Origin: Methanomethylovorans hollandica DSM 15978
Lineage (GTDB): Archaea; Halobacteriota; Methanosarcinia; Methanosarcinales; Methanosarcinaceae
NCBI RefSeq assembly: GCF_000328665.1
Contig: NC_019977.1
Coordinates: 744,001 to 808,000 of the forward strand
DNA: 64,000 bases
Direction: 5' to 3'
The notes under the pieces were generated by a model. That model worked only from the letters and a program-made list of their open reading frames with translations, made no database searches and was not told the DNA's origin. Within the stretch, counting starts at the first letter, position 1. Every line of letters begins with the position of its first letter. The translations under genes were made by a program, and so were the position numbers. This document shows, piece by piece, positions 63,661-64,000 of this stretch.

Positions 63661-64000
63661 GTGAGCACTAATTTAGCTGAGATCATACGGATATTGAAAG
63701 AAGCTGATGGAAAACCAGTATCAGGGGAGGAACTTGGAGAACGGTTAGGTGTTTCCAGGGCAATGGTCTGGAAGTATATAAGTTCCTTGAAGGAAGGGGG
63801 ATACGAGATCGAATCATCCCCAAAAACGGGCTATATTTTAAAGGTAGTCCCGGATATGCTTTACCCTGAAGAGATCAAAGACGGGCTAAATACCACTTTG
63901 ATAGGTAATAATATCTTTTACTTTGCAGAGTTGGAATCAACTAACAGCTTCGCTAAGGAAATGGCCAAGGAAGCAGAAGAAGGTACAGTGGTCATAGCTG
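63661..64000 (+). CDS. birA: Bifunctional biotin ligase/repressor BirA, 5' part (truncated by the window edge)
   Basis: From GTG at 63661: ...VSGEELGERLGVSRAMVWKYI..L...GYEIES.PKTGY...ELESTN..AKE.A..AEEGTVVIA. Confidence 0.9.
   Translation, partial: MSTNLAEIIRILKEADGKPVSGEELGERLGVSRAMVWKYISSLKEGGYEIESSPKTGYILKVVPDMLYPEEIKDGLNTTLIGNNIFYFAELESTNSFAKEMAKEAEEGTVVIA

Overview
Gene-dense chromosomal segment from a methylotrophic methanogenic archaeon. The mtaCB/mtaA/ram genes, methanogenesis markers 9 and 11 and bacterial-type groESL point to Methanosarcinaceae. Main blocks from left to right: (1) chaperone cluster groES-groEL-hsp20-clpB (clpB truncated by the window edge) with a divergent wHTH regulator; (2) mobB-moaE, radC, marker 11, iorA-like, endA, hflX, PHP, DUF447, citG and marker 9; (3) a glutamate module of gdhA, npdG, a PEP-utiliser-like ATP-grasp protein and an FMN glutamate-synthase-like protein; (4) an AT-rich glycosylation patch with a hexapeptide acyltransferase split by an intact 1275-bp IS; (5) DtxR-feoAB-feoC; (6) a methanol methyltransferase locus (ram activase, COG0523 GTPase, mtaC, mtaB, mtaA); (7) Lhr helicase, phosphoesterase, dhs and pyrF; (8) a six-gene polyphosphate cluster (ppx, ppk1, membrane-anchored CHAD, MgtC/SapB, PPK2, CYTH-HD); (9) pycB-pycA-birA. 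Features missing from the ORF track include a canonical box C/D guide RNA whose D guide predicts Cm34 of intron-containing tRNA-Met, two related promoter-bearing hairpin sRNA candidates flanking endA-hflX, ferredoxin and cheW pseudogene relics, and a probable CTG-initiated gene. The best candidates for undescribed biology are the glutamate module, the twin sRNAs and the domain-shuffled polyphosphate cluster. All calls come from reading the sequence; no database searches were run.
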